Below are positions 62,486 through 64,000 of a stretch of 64,000 nt of DNA, piece after piece. The first letter of the stretch is position 1. The number at the start of each line of letters is the position of its first letter. Under the pieces are notes generated by a model. The model made no database searches and was not told the DNA's origin. It saw nothing but the letters and a program-made list of their open reading frames with translations. The DNA comes from Macrostomum lignano (lineage: Eukaryota), in contig NIVC01000151.1 of assembly GCA_002269645.1 (NCBI GenBank), positions 124,001-188,000 on the forward strand, given 5' to 3'. A program made the position numbers and the translations under genes.

Positions 62486-64000
62486 CTAGCTTAGCCGCCT
62501 GTATTTATGCAAAGAACCCCCAGCCCCGGGTCCGGTCACAGCTGTTTGAGTTGGCAATTCTTGCTCAAGATGCGCATCGCAATTCAGGGAACTGCGTGGC
62601 TGCCCTCTGTGCACGGGGCAGCTGGAGAGCAGCATACAGTGATGTGGCACGCACACAGGGTGTACAGCGACCCTGACTTTTAAATCATCAAGCATGTACA
62701 CTCTCTGTGCCTCATGGGGTTGGTCACTCTCTGTGCCTCATGGGGTTGGCCACTCTCTGTGCCTCATGGGGTTGGCCACTCTCTGTGCCTCATGGGGTTG
62801 GCCACTCTCTGTGCCTCATGGGGTTGGCCACTCTCTGTGCCTCATGGGGTTGGCCACTCTCTGTGCCTCATGGGGTTGGCCACTCTCTGTGCCTCATGGG
62901 GTTGGCCACTCTCTGTGCCTCATGGGGTTGGCCACTCTCTGTGCCTCATGGGGTTGGCCACTCTCTGTGCCTCATGGGGTTGGCCCTCAGGGTTGGGAAT
63001 CGAACCACGAGTCGCGGCGCGTTTACCTCTGAGCTGCTCTGCCCCATAAACTAATCCTGCACCCAAGCTGCCAACTCATTTTCTGCGTCCGTCGGGCGTA
63101 TTGGGCAAACTGGTCGGCCAGACTTATCAAGGCACCCAGCAGTTGCTGCATATTGCTGCCTGTGCAGCTGAATAATTGCTAAACATTTCTGCTCAGCTCC
63201 CACGATAAAATTGCGGTTTGGTGGTTATCGACCACTGCTCAGGCCAAATGCCTGATATTTTAAGTGCCTCTGGCCACTAGGTATCGAATGTAGCTTTTAT
63301 TCAAATAGTCGTTTGTTCAAGCCTTTAGATATTCTATCTAGCCTCTAGATATTATATCTAGCCTCTAGATATTGTATCTAGCCCTAGACACTTGATCTAG
63401 CCCCTAGACACCCGATCTAGCCCTAGACACTTGATCTAGCCCCTAGACACCCGATCTAGCCCTAGACACTTGATCTAGCCCCTAGACACCCGATCTAGCC
63501 CTAGACACTTGATCTAGCCCCTAGAAACCCGATCTAGCCCTAGACACTTGATCTAGCCCCTAGACACCCGATATAGCCCCTAGACACCCGATCTAGCTCC
63601 TAGACACCCGATCTAGCCCCTAGACACTCGATCTAGCCCCTAGGCACCCGATCTAGCCCCTAGACACCCGATCTAGCCCCTAGACACCCGATCTAGCCCC
63701 TAGACACCCGATCTAGCCCCCAGAAACTCGATCTAGCCTCTAAACAACCGATTTAGCCCCTAGACAACCAATTTAGCCCCTAGATATCTTATCGAGTCAA
63801 TGGGTATCCCAACGGGTGAAGAGAGAACTACCTCAAAACATTTGGATGCTTGGAATACGCAGTTCCAGAAGTTCGGTAAATCTGCTGATTAAAGACTAAA
63901 TAATTTTGAGCAGCTGGCACTCTTGTGAAACTCACATCTCTACCGTCGATTTTCATTTGACCAGCCGAGATGCCACCATTGGCCATGGACACCTGGCCCA
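62486..64000 (-). CDS. Candidate unidentified spliced gene (exons >64000-63936, 63884-63832, 63167-63063, 62621-62486?)
   Basis: GT-AG sites with consistent phases (0, 2, 2), open frames, a 51-nt intron and two minisatellite-filled introns. No recognisable domain; the last exon is uncertain. Confidence 0.35.
62699..62986. repeat. 26-bp minisatellite CACTCTCTGTGCCTCATGGGGTTGGC
   Basis: 11 near-identical units. Confidence 0.95.
63325..63785. repeat. 20-22-bp minisatellite CTAGACACCCGATCTAGCCC
   Basis: Tandem variant units. Confidence 0.92.

Noticed and set aside
53313-64000. Muscleblind CCCH zinc-finger exons
   Set aside because: No CX7CX4-6CX3H pattern was found on the minus strand, so the mbl assignment stays tentative.

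Overview
Eukaryotic (animal) genomic DNA. GC-rich exons, GT-AG introns and introns filled with minisatellites suggest a flatworm such as Macrostomum; this is an inference. Host genes: a Tbx2/3 (omb-type) T-box gene (+, 5 coding exons visible, first exon upstream of the window); a class I cyclic-nucleotide phosphodiesterase (+, 4 exons); a Onecut CUT-homeobox gene (-, 3 exons); a secreted PAN-like/Thr-rich/LamG-like protein gene (-); two exons resembling the C-terminal part of Muscleblind (-); and candidate minus-strand exons at 60-64 kb. Mobile DNA: a full-length LOA-like non-LTR retrotransposon (ORF1; APE-RT-RNaseH-CCHC) inserted in a 21-bp minisatellite; a decayed mariner split by a 678-bp insertion; three hAT-type MITEs with 8-bp TSDs; a Crypton-like tyrosine-recombinase remnant with a long palindrome just upstream of the PDE; and tRNA-headed SINEs. 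About 28 unrelated tandem arrays cover roughly 16 kb (about 25%) and explain most long ORFs in the ORF track. The most unusual signals are tandem arrays built from exon-intron junction sequence (multiplying splice sites), the near-intact retrotransposon, and a CpG-free, C>T/G>A-eroded domain inside onecut. All coordinates were read by eye, and array ends are approximate.
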